The notes beneath the pieces were generated by a model that made no database searches, had not been told where the DNA came from, and saw only the letters and a list, made by a program, of their open reading frames with translations. Below are positions 13,511 through 27,538 of a stretch of DNA of 64,000 nt, piece after piece. This DNA comes from Octopus vulgaris. Its lineage: Eukaryota. Numbering within the stretch: the first letter of the stretch is position 1; each line of letters opens with the position of its first letter. The stretch lies in assembly GCA_951406725.2 (NCBI GenBank), contig OX597830.1:67270001-67334000 (forward strand), in the 5' to 3' direction. The position numbers and the translations under genes are program-made.

Positions 13511-14409
13511 CCTTACTGGCATTTCTTCTCGCTCTTTATGCTCCAGCTTCAAATACCACCACGGTCAACTTTGCTTTCATCGTTTTCGGGATCAATAAAA
13601 TAAGAACCCAGTGAGTTCTGGGGCCGATTTTATCGACTTGCTTGCTCCCTCAAGATTCCATTTAAGAGTTTACATCAAATAATAGTCCTATTATTTGATG
13701 AAAACTCTCAGCTTATTTTGCTGGGTATGATGGAAAGTGTCGGCTGTTCACTGCAACCAGACACTGGTGACATTAGTTTACTGATCATGCTTCAAGAGCC
13801 TTGCGGAGAACTCTTACAGCTGCAAGCAGTGCTGATTTTTGAGGGTATTTATATTTATATTTGTAGCAACCCTTTGCGCCATGCTGGTAGTTGAGTGTTG
13901 ATACTGCCAAGGGCGCCAATTACTATTGGTATCACGTCCACACTTTTCATTACCCACAACTTTCGTGTATCCAAAACACTCGTAGTTGTTCAATTTCTTT
14001 CTTCTTCCTCTTTGTTCACCACAACAATGTCAGGTTTTTGACGTCTGATATGATGGTTACACCGAATCATTGCATCCGACAGGACTTGCAGTCTTATTTC
14101 TAGGATTTGCTCATACTACGTCTTTGCTATTTTTAGGCCGTGAGTTCCACAGAGTTCCTACCAATGAAATTGTTAGAATGTCAAAAAAAATATTTTGCCT
14201 CTTTTGTTCCGGATTTTTATATTCTGATTTCAAATCTTGTCACAGTCAACTTAGTTTTTCATATTTTCAGGGCTGACAAAATAAAGTACTAGTCAGGTAC
14301 TGAAGTCAATCATACTAACTCTTATTTTCCTTGATGGTCTTGTGTGAACATTAGAAAGAATTTTTACTATCGCTATGTGTTGAATTAGTAGGTTGGGGGT
14401 ACATTATCT

Positions 14410-14630
14410 AAGGCTGCAAGCTGGCAGAGTCATTAGCATGCTGGACAAAATGCTTAGCAGTATTTCACTCATCTTTACATTCTGTGTTCAAATTCTGCTG
14501 CGGTTGACTTTGGCTTTCATACTTTCAGAGTCGTTGAAAATAAGTGTCAGTTGAGCACTGGGGTCGATGAAATTGACTACACCGTTCTCCCAAATTTCAG
14601 GCCTTGTGCCCGTATTAGAAACCATTATCT
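14410..14630 (+). mobile_element. tRNA-derived SINE
   Basis: A-box-like tggcagagtcattagc, B-box-like gttcaaattc, a central gctttcat..gtcg..aaataagt block and the 3' end ggccttgtgcccgtattagaaa. A related minus-strand fragment lies at about 45265-45375. Confidence 0.65.
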
Positions 14631-14719
14631 TTATTTAAAGGTATGCACAAATATATTGCATTTGAATATCAGATCAGAACTGTTCATTTGGTATTGAGGA
14701 CCTTTTGAGCAATCGTTGC

Positions 14720-15880
14720 AATTTCTAATATAACAGATTTCTGTATTAATCCAATTTTCGTATTATTCAAGAAACTACCAAGTTTATTGGTATCAGTACC
14801 TGGGATAACTTATGAAGAAACCCTCCAGAATTATTGAAAATCTTGGCATTTTCTTTTTGCTCTTCCGTTTTTTTCTTTTTTCAACTGGTACATTCAGACA
14901 CAACCACACCTGGGATGACACACTCTTTGGAAACCTTATCTAGCACGATAGTATTTGTTCGTCATGCTTGAATTTCAGGATCAGTTTTTCCCATAATACC
15001 TTAAACTGTTCATTCTCTATCACACTTTCTGGTCGTTGTTGGTACGATGATTCTCCCCTTAATCCAAAGTAATCGGATAAAGTATAAATGAAGTAATCGT
15101 GCCTGCATTTATACTCTTTCTGTGAAAAAGGAACTCCAGTACTTATTATCTGCAGAATTGTCTCGCCATTTTCGTTACACATTCTGTACTAAACACTTTC
15201 CATGGTTCTGTCTATTCTTGCTTTAATGACATTCACTCTCTGCAGCTCGAGCAGTAGCTTTGGCCTTTGCAAGCCTTTGTTTATGTTCTTGTTCACTCAC
15301 AACACTACACGCGCGTGAACTGGAAGGAGTATTACCGATGTCTGGAAGTAAAACATCGGTAGAACTTTCAAAATGCATGTGCAAATGCATTGAAATCGTT
15401 GTTACTATCTGTTTTATTCAAACGACCCTCATCGATGGCCACAGCCCTCACTTCAGCAGAGCCCCCTGCAATCTGCGACTGTCTTTGAAGGGAAGATTCA
15501 GCTCTAAGCCGCCTTTTATTTTGGAGCTGCATCTTTGTTAATGTCAAAACTGTTATTTTTCTTTTCGGCATAACAGCAACGAGAGTAACGAATAGTAAAG
15601 ACTGGATTTGAGCAACCACAACGAGGCCTTCTATTTGTTCTTTGATCTCTCCATTATTCAACCATAATCACGATTTATCTGCTGCAACATCCTGCCTTCG
15701 TCTGAAATGCTTACCATCTAACTCTTTTCAACACTTGTTGCTCCTGTTTTCTTCTTTCCTTGTATTATTTCACAATCTGCAAAGTGTCTTCTCTCTTACT
15801 CTTCTATATCATATTCTGCCATCTCCATGCTGTTTTCTATCAATAACTATCACTTCTATTTTGCCTGTTTGGAGCTTTTT
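14720..15880 (-). mobile_element. R4/Dong-like (restriction-like endonuclease) LINE C-terminal remnant, interrupted by a Helitron fragment
   Basis: The minus strand reads EGLVVVAQIQSL / VIKARID..RMCNENGETILQII..QKEYKCRHD..PESVIENEQFKVLW. Confidence 0.7.
15232..15597 (-). repeat. Near-identical copy of Helitron internal segment ~10285-10648
   Basis: Direct sequence match. The two ORF translations (MPKRK..LTKMQLQNKRRLRAESS..) are almost identical. Confidence 0.92.
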
Positions 15881-15919
15881 GATGATTTCCGGATGTGATC
15901 TTTATAATCCATTTATACT

Positions 15920-16225
15920 GTTCTCTCTTTCAGAGACGAAGAATTCTGTACATTATTTACATTATTTACATTAGACGGTTATGTGTCCTCAGCTTGTTTG
16001 TTGTTATCAAAACGTTTCGGCTGATTTATTCCTCAGCCTTCATCAGGTGTCCTGGTGGAATTTTAGTAACATCACCAACAAATACCTTAAGAATGAGAAC
16101 TTAGGGTTGAGTCTAAAATTCCACTAGAACACCTGATAAAGGCTGGAGAGTAAATAAGCCGAAACGTTGTGGCAACAACAAACAACACGAGGACACATAT
16201 CCGACTAATGTAAATAATGTAAATA
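15920..16225. mobile_element. Penelope-type foldback insertion with a hammerhead-like core in each arm and a 16-bp TSD
   Basis: Inverted arms at about 15950-16070 and 16112-16228. The TSD is ataatccatttatact (15904-15919) / ataatccacctatact (16226-16241). The paralogous flank at about 43320 lacks the insertion. Confidence 0.75.
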
Positions 16226-16655
16226 ATAATCCACCTATACTTATATAAACTGTGTTTCATATTACATTTGATGATTTTATTTTCCTAAACATTTCTAAAT
16301 TATGCCTAAAATAATATGTTAAGGGATTTTCACTGATATCATGAAAACTGAACCTTATAAAAGTAAAATAATTATAAACACTATTTCATATCTTTATTTG
16401 AAAGCAATAATAGCTATGTTCAGATTTCTACAACTAAACTGAAAATAAAAATATCTTTTCCCATTATATTTTCTGAGTCTATATCTGTGTGTAGTTGGAT
16501 TTTTAGATGTGGTTATTCTTTGTCTTTTGCACACTACTGTTACTTATATACCTCCTCCTTCATATAAGCATATTGTTTAAACCTTGCTACTAACAGCAAA
16601 ACATTCTAACTCCAAAACTTTTTCTGCAATTAACCATGTTTGTATTATTCTCTAG

Positions 16656-16708
16656 ATTGGAAGACAAGAAAGACGAAGGCTGGCGGCAATGGCATCTTCT
16701 GCCAATGG
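16656..16708 (+). CDS. Putative host-gene micro-exon A (53 nt, phase 0->2): IGRQERRRLAAMASSAN(G)
   Basis: Acceptor ttgtattattctctAG and donor GTAAGT. The flanking intron sequence is homologous to that around the exons at 43779 and 54756. Reads in frame with the next exon at 25428. Confidence 0.65.
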
Positions 16709-18649
16709 GTAAGTAGAAGAACATTTCCACATTACATTTACTCATCATATTTAAAGACACCACTAAACCTCTAAATCTCTTCATATCTGATCCTTAGAGA
16801 ATTTTAAGTATTGCTTTTATCCTTTAGTATTTGAACAATTTCAACAATAATAAAAGAAAGAATAAACTATATTTACCCCACCATATTACTGGTATTTATA
16901 TAAAGGGAAAGCGATGTTATTGAGTATTTTCCATGATGGAAAAATGAAAGAGAATCGACAGTTAAGAAATGATATATGGCAAGTATTTAGTACAACAGTC
17001 TGTAAGTTCAGGTAACTTAGTCACCTTAGAAAAATTTAGAACATTAATAACCAAAATACGATTAATGTTTTACGAAGTCTCTACACCAAGTGGAAGAATT
17101 AATATAAAACATACGGATTTTATTAATTGGCAGTGAATTTCTACCTACAATGCTATTTAATATTACGTCATTTCAATGATATTTGACGTATTTTATTGTG
17201 ACAGAACGATGCAAGAATGCCTACATTTCTGTTATAAAATCTACCAATTCTTAATAAATTTATATGAAGCCTAATTTTCATAAATATACACATAATGTAG
17301 TACCTCCATGTAAGTGAAAAAACTTAGGTCTTTCCATAAAACAGTTAAAACTACTCTCCAATCTGTTATGCTATATAATAATTGCAACATCTTTTCTATT
17401 TGTATGCACATTTAATGCACATTTAATGGCCACCATAATAAATGGAATTTCAAAATGCATTTTTTGAGAAATCTTGATATGATATATCTTTTATCTTCTG
17501 CCTTTGACTTATTTCAGTCATAAGACTGTGGCCTTACTGGGGCACCGACTTGAGAAAGTTTTAGTCGAATAAATCGATGCCAGATCTTATTCTGTTTTTA
17601 AGCGTGGTATTTATGCTATCTGAAGGGTATTATTAATTAATATCCTAGAAACAGCTGTAAGACCTTCTATCTATAAATGCTCTAATATCTATGCAGCCTT
17701 GGTTTTTTATCTTATTACGCAAATAATTAATATATGATAGATCGTTAGCCACTACACACATTTTTCTCTCCTTGCTTTTTTCTGTGTCCCTTTCTGTAGA
17801 AGAACGTAGGCTCGAAACGTAAAAGACTTTTTCTATTCCTGAGCGTTATACTAATACATCTGTTTGTTTTGTACACCACCTCTCTTCGTCCTTTGTTTTT
17901 TTCGAAAACTCTCCCTATATATATATATGGATTTCGTAGACAGAAACTTGCAGAAATCAATCGTTTATATATGTATGTACATATGTAAGTGTATGTGTGT
18001 GACTTTGTTTCTGTGTTTCGCCCTCATCACTGCTTCACAACTGCTGTCCGTTTATTTACATCCCCATAACTTACTGGTTTCACAAGAAGAAACTAATAGA
18101 ATAAGTACCAGGCTTATCAACATAAAAAAGCACTAGGCTCTCTCATATTTTTGTTTGCCCACTCAGTTGTATCTATCAATTTATCTTTGTGTGTATATAC
18201 ACGTTGCCCGTGTTACATGTAATTGAAGAATTAGACTTTTCTGTTATATTTTCTGTAATGTTTCGAATTTCATCAAAATTGCAGATGAGGGTTATTTCCC
18301 TCTTTACACAATCTAAAAAAATTGTAATCGTACCACATGTATCCCATACTAATGATTTTTATGCGCACATTCCAAAATTCTTGTCTTATAGAACCTGTTA
18401 AAAGGATTTTGCTCCTGAAAAATGGAGGTCATGGAGCACTCTAAAATGTGAGAGTTAACGCCCCTATTGGTGGGGGGGTGTCTTAATGTCAAGCAGAGAA
18501 GTTGAATTGTTGAGAATCTTTTTAACTTGGGTCTTATATCTATTGCTTGAATTTCATTGAAATAGGAAATATATGTTCACTGGGTTTGTAAAATAGAGCA
18601 AAGCTACAGGAAACCAAAAGACGAATCATCACAATAAGCAGTCAGCTAC

Positions 18650-19077
18650 CAGTTTCTTCACAGCCCATTTCTGACTGAAACTAGCCACCCCACAAGTCAC
18701 GTCTCCCAGGTCTGTTCCACTTGGAGATTTGGATCAAACCAAATCGTGAGCAATTTAACCGGTACAGTCGTCCACTGCCCCATGATGCTGTTGGACGGCA
18801 TGGACCTGCTTCTCCAGGTACCCAGATGCAATCTCACCGACGTCTTCTGGTTAACTTTTGTTCCTGTCCCCGTCTCGCAGCTCCCCAGTGTAGTACCAAT
18901 CAGCTCCGACATTATTTCACTGACAATTACCCGCTTCTGCAATCATGAATCTTTCATGCCAGAGTTCTGACGGGATGCCCCCAACCCATTTAACCCCCAC
19001 ATTCAGAGGAAGTAACTCTTAGGACAGTACGTACAGAAGAGAAAGGGAAGAGAGGTGTCATCCTTGACGGTCGGAGT
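18650..19077 (-). repeat. Inverted near-identical copy of Tx1 internal segment 12728-13155
   Basis: 428-bp reverse-complement match with about 4 substitutions. The ORF-track peptides are identical or near-identical on opposite strands. Confidence 0.95.
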
Positions 19078-19639
19078 TGTATCATTGAATTACAAATAAT
19101 GAATCTGGCATCGATTCATTCGACTAAAACTTACCACTCCCAATGTAGTATTACAGCCGTAAGATGCATTACGAATCTATAGTAATTGGAAGGGCGTGAC
19201 CCAACTGAAATAAACATTAACAACTGTGTGACGTGAGGGCTAAGGAGAAATGAAAGTTGGAGTTTGCAAATGACCACTGTACTGATAGGTAACTGGACAG
19301 AATAAATTTACAATCTATAAATGTCTTTGAATAACTAGTCACTCATCTGGGAAGGCCTTGAAATCAATGTTACTATCTGGGGACTATGTGTGACTCAGTG
19401 ATAATAAAAAGACTGAAGGGAGGTCTGCAATCAAATAACTTTACTCAACACTTTGCAACTGAATCAGCGGAAGCAAAGATGCCTCCCATTTTCTTGACAA
19501 TTTATGCACCACATTGCAGAAATCACAATCTAAGTGTATGCCAAAGCAAACTATTACACTGTTGTACCATTGAATTACAAATAATGCTCATCTTTATGCT
19601 CGGGTGACCCTACAGCTTCCAAGAGTACAACTGTATTCG

Positions 19640-20298
19640 TCTTTGCTTAGATAAAATGACTAAATTGTGGGTATTAAGTCCCCATTAAGGGGTCTTTCTA
19701 ACTTGCAAGAAGATGAAATTTTATAAATATTACTTCATTTGTAACTAATATCTGTGGTTAAAATTTCATCAGCAGCAAAAATATATGAATTGTCATGGGG
19801 GTTATGGCCCTTATGCATAGAATATAATTCCCAAATTTCGTAAAGATCCATTCAGTACTTTTGACCTAATTTTGGATCATAAAAGAAATGACTAAAATTT
19901 GGGAGTTAAGGCCCTCAATATGGTGTCTTAGAATCCTCATATGAAGTGGAATCTTTGAGAATACTTCTTGATGTGTATCAATTACTTATGGTTGAAATTT
20001 CATCAACATCAAAAATTTATGAATTTTCATGAGGGGTTCTTCACCCTTTAAGCCATCTGAAATTTAAACCAAACATATTGCATTATACCTGCCCTTATGC
20101 ATTGAATCTAAGTTTCAAATATCATAAGGATCCATTCAGTAATTTTGGTCCATGAAATTGTATGAAACACACAGCATTGCCCTTCTCCCTAGGCTTTGAT
20201 TTTGTGTTCCAAATTTCATTATGATCGGTGCAGCAGTTTTTGAATATATAAGTAACACGCGAACACACATAAAGACATTGACGTTGATATAATAGATA
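19640..20298 (-). mobile_element. Non-autonomous Helitron/DINE-like element with internal subrepeats
   Basis: Repeated blocks aaatttcatca..aaaat.tatgaatt.tcatg and gatccattcagta.ttttg. The minus strand starts A|TCtattatatc near 20297. Confidence 0.45.
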
Positions 20299-20759
20299 TG
20301 AATAATGTTGAAAAAAGCCTGCGAAACGCAGAACATAAACAAATGTGGCGTTAACAAACAAAAGAAAGCACGAAGGAGTTCCAACAATAATAATCCAACA
20401 ATGCAACACTCACGTACGAAATGAACTACTCCAAAGGCGAAGAAATTTGGAATGCCAGGAATGCGTTCAAGTTCATTTTTAGAGCCATAACCTCCACGAG
20501 ATGCACGTGCATTTCGGTTTTCTTTTCCATTGTTTGCGACTGCTACCCACGACATTCAACGCAGATGCATTTTGGCGTCCCGTTTCAGGAAAGTCTAAAG
20601 ACTGCCTGTAATTTGGGTCTAAGCCATAAATCAGCATGTTTGGAATATTTACTCTTACATCACTGAAATATATTTAGAATATAAAATGACATTTGAAAAA
20701 ATTGCGTTTCTTTTGCGATTCAGTGTACATTAGGAAATCGTAGATAGTGACCACACAGC

Positions 20760-22325
20760 AATGCCAAATAATATCATAAGCACTGGGAGTGTAAGATACG
20801 AAGTCAAACGTAACGAAAAGGAAGAAAACAACGAAAGGCAACAAACCCAGGCCGTATGAATGTATAATGATGAGCTATATGCACGAAATCAGAACACCAC
20901 AAACAAAAAATATTAACAGGAAGGAAAGCGAAACAAATCTAAAACCTTAAAAGAGTGAAGGTGAAACTAATGATTATGATACTCTAAAAATGAATATAAT
21001 CAAAGAATTGAAAGGCTCAGATATCAGTATGGACAACTGACTGTAGCTCCCCAAAATTAAGATTGATATTAAAGCCACATTAATAATAAATAACAGGAAA
21101 CTGGCCGTCCCGGAACTAATACCCACAGAAACAAACGTCAGTATAATCAGGTTAAATGCTATAATATATCAAAGCTGGATACCCTCTTAAACCCATCCAA
21201 ACAGGAGAATTACCACCTAAAAAAAATCCAGTGGATAAAGAATATCTAGAAAAAGATATAAAATAAAAGAAAGGATCTGTCAGTCCTTAAGGAAATTAGT
21301 AGATAATCAACACTACTAAGCAACAAGAACAGAAGTAAAATACTATGGAAATAGAAAATTCTAGAACAAAGTATACCTGGGATAAAAGAACAGCTAAAGC
21401 AAGATATCCTCGCCAAAGTACAAAAAATCGCCAGTATGAGATACGCCAACGTTTCTTTGAACAAAACAAACAGTTCTAATCCAATCTCAAAAGATTCTAC
21501 CTATAACTTGGCAAAAATAAAATAGAGATCAATAGAAAGAAATATGGTCGGTGAGAGAACAACCTAGGAAAAGGTCTTTCAAAGTAACAAAAACAGCCCC
21601 TCTACAAATCTGGACTCCTATAACAACTGAAGAGGTCGGCAACCATGCACTACAAGGTCTCCAATTTCTGGTTGAAATATCAAACAGGAATACAGAAAAC
21701 GATGCCTGGGAAATTTGATGAAATACTAAAAGAGCCTGAGACAATATTTGAAGGGCCCATGGAAGGGAAACATTTCCTGATTACCAAGTCCACCGAAACG
21801 GGAAACTCACAAAATTACAAACCGATAACTTGACTCGCTACAATTTACAAAACCTTTACTGCAGAGAATGGGCAAACATCTGGAAGATAACAACCTGTTT
21901 CTGAAACAGAAGAAGGGGTGCTGCAAAAGCATCAGCTACCTGTCAATAAAGCTATAACTGAAGACAGCCGACAAGAGAAGAATGGTCCAAGTATGACTGG
22001 GATCGATTATCGAAAAGCTTTTGATAATATTCTATGACCAAAGTAACGACAATAATCGAAAGAGAGCCGTCCCCGTTAGAACAGTAATATTCCAGGGAGA
22101 CCCGATCTTTCCACTCTTTCTGCTTGGCACTGACACCTTTATCTGACGTGCTAAATAGAACTAGATATAGATACAACTTTTACGGGAAAACAATCGACCA
22201 ACTCTTGTATAAGGATGATCTAAAACTATACGCTACAAATGATAAACAGCTGGAAACAGTACAAGAGAGAGTACATGGCTTTGCCAAAGAAATAAAGGTG
22301 GAATTTGGCTTAGAAAAATGATAAA
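20760..22325 (+). mobile_element. Degraded R4/Dong-like LINE reverse transcriptase
   Basis: EGKHFLITK..NYKPIT, WDRLSKSF (a frameshifted WIDYxKAFD), IFQGD, LALTPLS..LN and QLLYKDDLKLYA..FGLEK. Confidence 0.75.
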
Positions 22326-22552
22326 GTATTAGCGAAAAACTGATGAAGAATTAGCGAGTCTCTGTGACTTATACATATACGTTTTTAGCTGTTGCTTATT
22401 TCTATATATGGCTGTGCGCTCGCGATGCAGAATAGTGAGTTAAAAAACGAAAAATGAAAACAAACGGGACAACGTACACAAAAATGTATTATAGCTTGAC
22501 GCCCACTGAAAGGAGTGAGTATGACATTTCGATCACTTACACACGCACACAC

Positions 22553-22594
<42 letters not shown>

Positions 22595-22662
22595 ATATAT
22601 GTATATATTATAGATAATATATGCCTATATACATACGCATATGTACATACTTACATATATAC

Positions 22663-22733
<71 letters not shown>

Positions 22734-23285
22734 TGTATATATATGCATATCTGGGCAGAGGACATCATAAAACGTGTACAAAAATACGAAGCACGTGTAC
22801 ATGGAACACGAACTATTTTTTTCGAACAACGAAAGACACAAATGGAAAACAAAACAAACATGAAGAATGACCGTTCATCAGTTGCTGGTTGTTTCTCTAT
22901 TCTCGTATTTCGAGCATTTAACAACAATATACGTATTCGATAAAACAGTTGCTCCCGCAAAGCAAATTAAGTAGAATTTGGGATTTTGCGGAGGATCAAA
23001 ATAGGTAACACAACCAGGACAGTGAAAAGAAACAGGAAGGGCTGTTAAGCCTAAACGAGGTTGTGGTGACGAACGCATAAATTAAGCTAGGACATGATAC
23101 AAGCAAGAACACGTCTTCCTTGTTCCAGCTACAACGGAGAGAAAATAAGAAAGATGGCCGATGGTCACGCGGGAGCCATGTGAGCAAGGAAGAGTGAAGG
23201 ACAGAATAACAGAGTAATAGGATAGAACAGTGGGAGAAGAGCAGGTAAAATAGTAATAATGATGATATATTAAAATAGTAATAAT

Positions 23286-23331
<46 letters not shown>

Positions 23332-23749
23332 AAAAGTAAAAAGAAACAAAGAAAATGCACACTAGGCATAAAAGTAATGGTTCTTTTTCTTAGAACAAAG
23401 ATACATATATATACAATTAAATGATTTGAGGGGAAATTAAGAAGTATAAAAATCCTTACCATGAGTCATTATAGAAAGTCATACCGGTTTCGACATCGCT
23501 GTTCACTAACTTTAAATCAACACCAATTTCCAAACGCTGTTGGGTCTAATAGTACCTGTATCTGTATATGTATGCAAGGGAGGTAAGCTGTTCTGAAAGT
23601 GATGCAATTAGATTAATATGATTAATAGAGTATGAATGGTATATGAGATGTTTGAGGATTAGTGGGATTACTTGTATTAGTAAGGTTAGTAGCGTCCTGT
23701 ATTAAGTTGTGTGTTCATGTTAAGTTGTGGTTGATATTTATTACTGAAA

Positions 23750-24800
23750 GTTGCCTCTTTATTTAGTCATTACTGCACTGAGGTGTTCTGGGAGCATTGA
23801 TAAAAAGGGAAACTTAGGAAGTTTGGTTTAAGACTCCTATCACATCTATCCTTGTGCTCACTAACATGTATCTGTCTATACTGTGGGAAACTGATTTGTT
23901 GTTTTTGAAGCGTTGATCTTCGTGTTTGTCCTATATAGTGGTTTTGGCAACCTAAGCAAGTAATGACATAGATTTGGTTTTCAGAGGCAAAGTGAAATGT
24001 GACTTTATCTTAAATATTTCACCTTGTTTGAAGTGAAATTCTGTACCCCCCAAAAGGTGGAAGTATGTGCCCCAGTTAGGCCACCCCCATTTTCCACTTT
24101 TGGTTCCGTTGTTAAGGGATATAATCTTGCGCCGGTTAAATTTTGATAATTTTGTGTGAGTCCAAAATTTCGTTCATTGTTTATCCTCAGTGCGAATGGG
24201 TAAATTCTGGATGATGATGTTGAATGCCTCATTGTTTCTGGAGTTATATGTGGAGATGTATAGGAGTACATTTAAATTTGGTGTAGTATTTCGGTTAACT
24301 TCCCTTAAGGCTCGTATGTCTAATTCCTTTGAGGTACCATATTTTTGCTGTGATAATTGGTATATTTTAATTTCTAGATTACAAAATTCGCAATCAGTGG
24401 GGCAGCACGAGGTTCCACTGCAATTCCACATTTTTCTTGATAGTAAACTGTATCGGACATGAAGTGGTTGTTCTGGAGGTTAAATTTCAGTGCTGGGATT
24501 GTGAAGCTGTGGTTGATGCGTCCTGGGATCTCTTCTGGGTATTTTTCTAGCCAGAAAAGGATTGCTTTTAAATCATAATGGTGTGGGAAACTAGTGCATA
24601 AATTCACCAAATCCAAGCCTTATTTTCCCTGTCTTCCTTTTCTCTTGAATTTTACGCCATCTCCTGTTTCTGAAAAAACCTTTGCTCGAAACGTAAACCA
24701 CTCTTTCTTTCTTTCATTCTGTGAGCGTCTTATTCACAATTTGCATGTGTCAAGTCCTCGCGACGTTGTTTTACTTGTCCTTTTAGTCCCTCTTTTTTTC
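23750..24800 (-). mobile_element. Penelope-like element remnant (reverse transcriptase + GIY-YIG) with an inverted LTR-like piece
   Basis: The minus strand reads DLVNLCTSFPH..LQNNHF..YYQEKCGIAVEPRAAPLIANF, with a degenerate GIY-YIG region at about 23850-24000. A degenerate hammerhead-like ctgaa..gctcgaaacgt lies at about 24670-24695. Confidence 0.7.
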
Positions 24801-24872
24801 TATTAATTATATATATATAGGTACAACAAATTTGCCCATTTCTTTTTGCTGCATGGAAACACCTCTTTTGTG

Positions 24873-24941
<69 letters not shown>

Positions 24942-26543
24942 TGTGTATGTATGTGTGTGTATGTGTGTGTGTGCTTGTGTGTGTGTCTGTATGTGTGTTT
25001 GTGTGTGTATGAGAATAGAATAATTTCTAAGGTATAATTCCTGCTGTTCTTATTGTTTATCAATTGCTTCTGTTAAGTTTAATTTCTCCACCTTTTCTGC
25101 CATTTTCGGTATATTTCGACTTGCTTCTTTTTGAGGAATTGCCTCTTTCTGAATTCTCTCTTAATTTCTTAGCTTCCTTTGATCTTTATTTATCTCTCAA
25201 CCTTCATCTCCATCTGAATCATTCTTTCTGTGCATAACTTTTCACCTGCCATATTATTCCTTAAAGCTGAGTTTCTTTTCCATTGTCTCGATTTCTTTCC
25301 ATTTAATAACACAGCTTTTCTATTCGACGTTCACAGTTAAAGGATAAAGACTTAAATATTCATCTTTATACACATCATGACAATTCATTTTACTGACCTG
25401 GAATTTTACCATTTATTGATTTTGCAGACTAGAACTTCAAGAAATGGCTGAGGAATCTGGTCAGAAACCCAAACAAGTAAGCTTTTTTTTAATCTTAAAA
25501 TATACTTGAATTATTCTGAATTGTGATGGATTATTTCTTGAGAATTTCATCAAAGGATTTGCTTAAAATGAACGCTGTATATTCTGTTTATGAATAATTT
25601 CATATATTTTCTCACATTGATACAACTGGTTGCTATCATTTATACTGGTAGACCAAGCTATTATTCTTCAGACTGGTAGAGCTATCTGCAATTTTTGCAG
25701 TAGGTAGAACTCTATTTTATGTCTTTTTGGTAGATCCAGCTACTAAATTCTATATATTTATTGCAGGCTTCCATTTTGTTATATCGTTGCAGTCAGTGAT
25801 GTGGTTTTCATTTTAATAATATTAGAAAAAACAGCTTCTATATATCATATTATTAGAGATGGAAAGAATCATCGTATTATATGTCAAACCAGTAAAACCA
25901 GTTTTTAAATTCCCCATATATATATATATATATTTATGTATGAATGTATGTATGTATGTATGTATATATGTATGTATATATGTATGTATATGTGTATGTA
26001 TGTATGTATGTATCTATCCATCTATATATAAAGATTTATATATGTATGTATGTATATATATACATGAAACCAAACATAAAACACAACAACGCGAGGACGT
26101 GGAACATGTAGAGTATTATTGGACGCCCAGGAAAGAAGGAGGGTTTAACGTTTCGGGCGGAGCTCTTCGTCAAAACCATAGGAAATGGAAAGATCCAAAG
26201 AAGGGAAGACGGAGGGAAAAAAAATCTCCAACGGTACATACGCGGTCATATATATGTATATATATATAACATATGGTATAATTATAAACAGGGCAAATTT
26301 TAGGCATTTCTCCACAGATTGAAAAAAAAGATAATGAACAACCTTAATTGATTTTCAACCCTTGTTGCGTTCTCATGAGAGATATCCACATCATTCTGAC
26401 AGTCTCCAGAGAAACAAGCAGCCAAACTGTTTCTATACTCAATAAATGCTGCAGTTACTCTATGTAAGGATCTCTAATTTGCATACCGAAAGTATTTGAC
26501 ACTATAAGTACCAGTGGCCAGTCAAAGGGGACGTATGTATGTA

Positions 26544-26581
<38 letters not shown>

Positions 26582-26620
26582 CATACATAATACACACAAT
26601 CACATATGCACACAGATGTA

Positions 26621-26686
<66 letters not shown>

Positions 26687-27018
26687 TGTGTGTGTGTGTG
26701 TGTGTGTGTATGAGTGTGCGCGTGTGTGTGTTTCACCGATCACAGGACTTTCCGTTTCATGGAAGAGACTGAATGTTGATCTCAGAATCTTGGACAACAT
26801 GGAGGAGATTACATGGTATCAAGATGACTGGCGATATGCACAACTGGATGCTTCACCCAATTTCCCTCCTTTTCAAGACACTCACCACCACCTATCACCT
26901 CCCTAACACCAGTTTTTTTTTTCATACCACTGTTTTTCTACCCAGAATCATTTCACAATTTATCCACCCTTCATCCTTCATTACTGTTCTCTCCACCCAT
27001 ACTTTCAATCCTCGCCCC
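24620..27018 (+). repeat. Segmental duplication, copy 1 (contains exon B)
   Basis: Colinear, high-identity match to about 61620-64000, offset about 36.9 kb, including unique sequence, TE remnants and microsatellite positions. Confidence 0.93.
25428..25476 (+). CDS. Putative host-gene micro-exon B (49 nt, phase 2->0): LELQEMAEESGQKPKQ
   Basis: Branch-point-like tactgac, acceptor ttgattttgcAG, donor GTAAGC. Paralogous to 62346-62394 and, by downstream flank, to 48042-48087. Confidence 0.65.
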
Positions 27019-27538
27019 TTCCCCAACCCTTCCGTACCTCCAATTTATCTCCCCTCACCCACCACTACACCACTCACTTTTCCCATACACTGTGCATTCC
27101 TCTTTCTCTCCCCCATCCACTCCTCCAACCTACCCAACAGCGTGTCATCTCTCTCACTCTTCCTTCTCCTTTTTACAATATCACCATTTCTTTTCTGTGG
27201 TTCTGCATTAAAAGATATCCCCTACTCCCCACTCATCCTACCCACGTCGTACCGTCAATGTTCACCCTGACACCTTATCACACCTATCTTTTTTTAACTC
27301 TCCTGCTCCACCTGATCACCTCCATCCTCTCTTCTAAAATACGAAAGGTCATCTTACTCCTTTATAACAGCAAACTCCTGCTGCTCCGACCCTTTTCTCT
27401 CATACTTTACTCCTTTCTACTCCTTCTCCTCTCTTAAACTTGCTCCACCTTGGTGTTTATAATCTTGTAAGAAACATGGTAACCCCACTTGTGCTGATGG
27501 AATGAAAATTACACCCAGATTATGTTGAAAGGTGTTAA

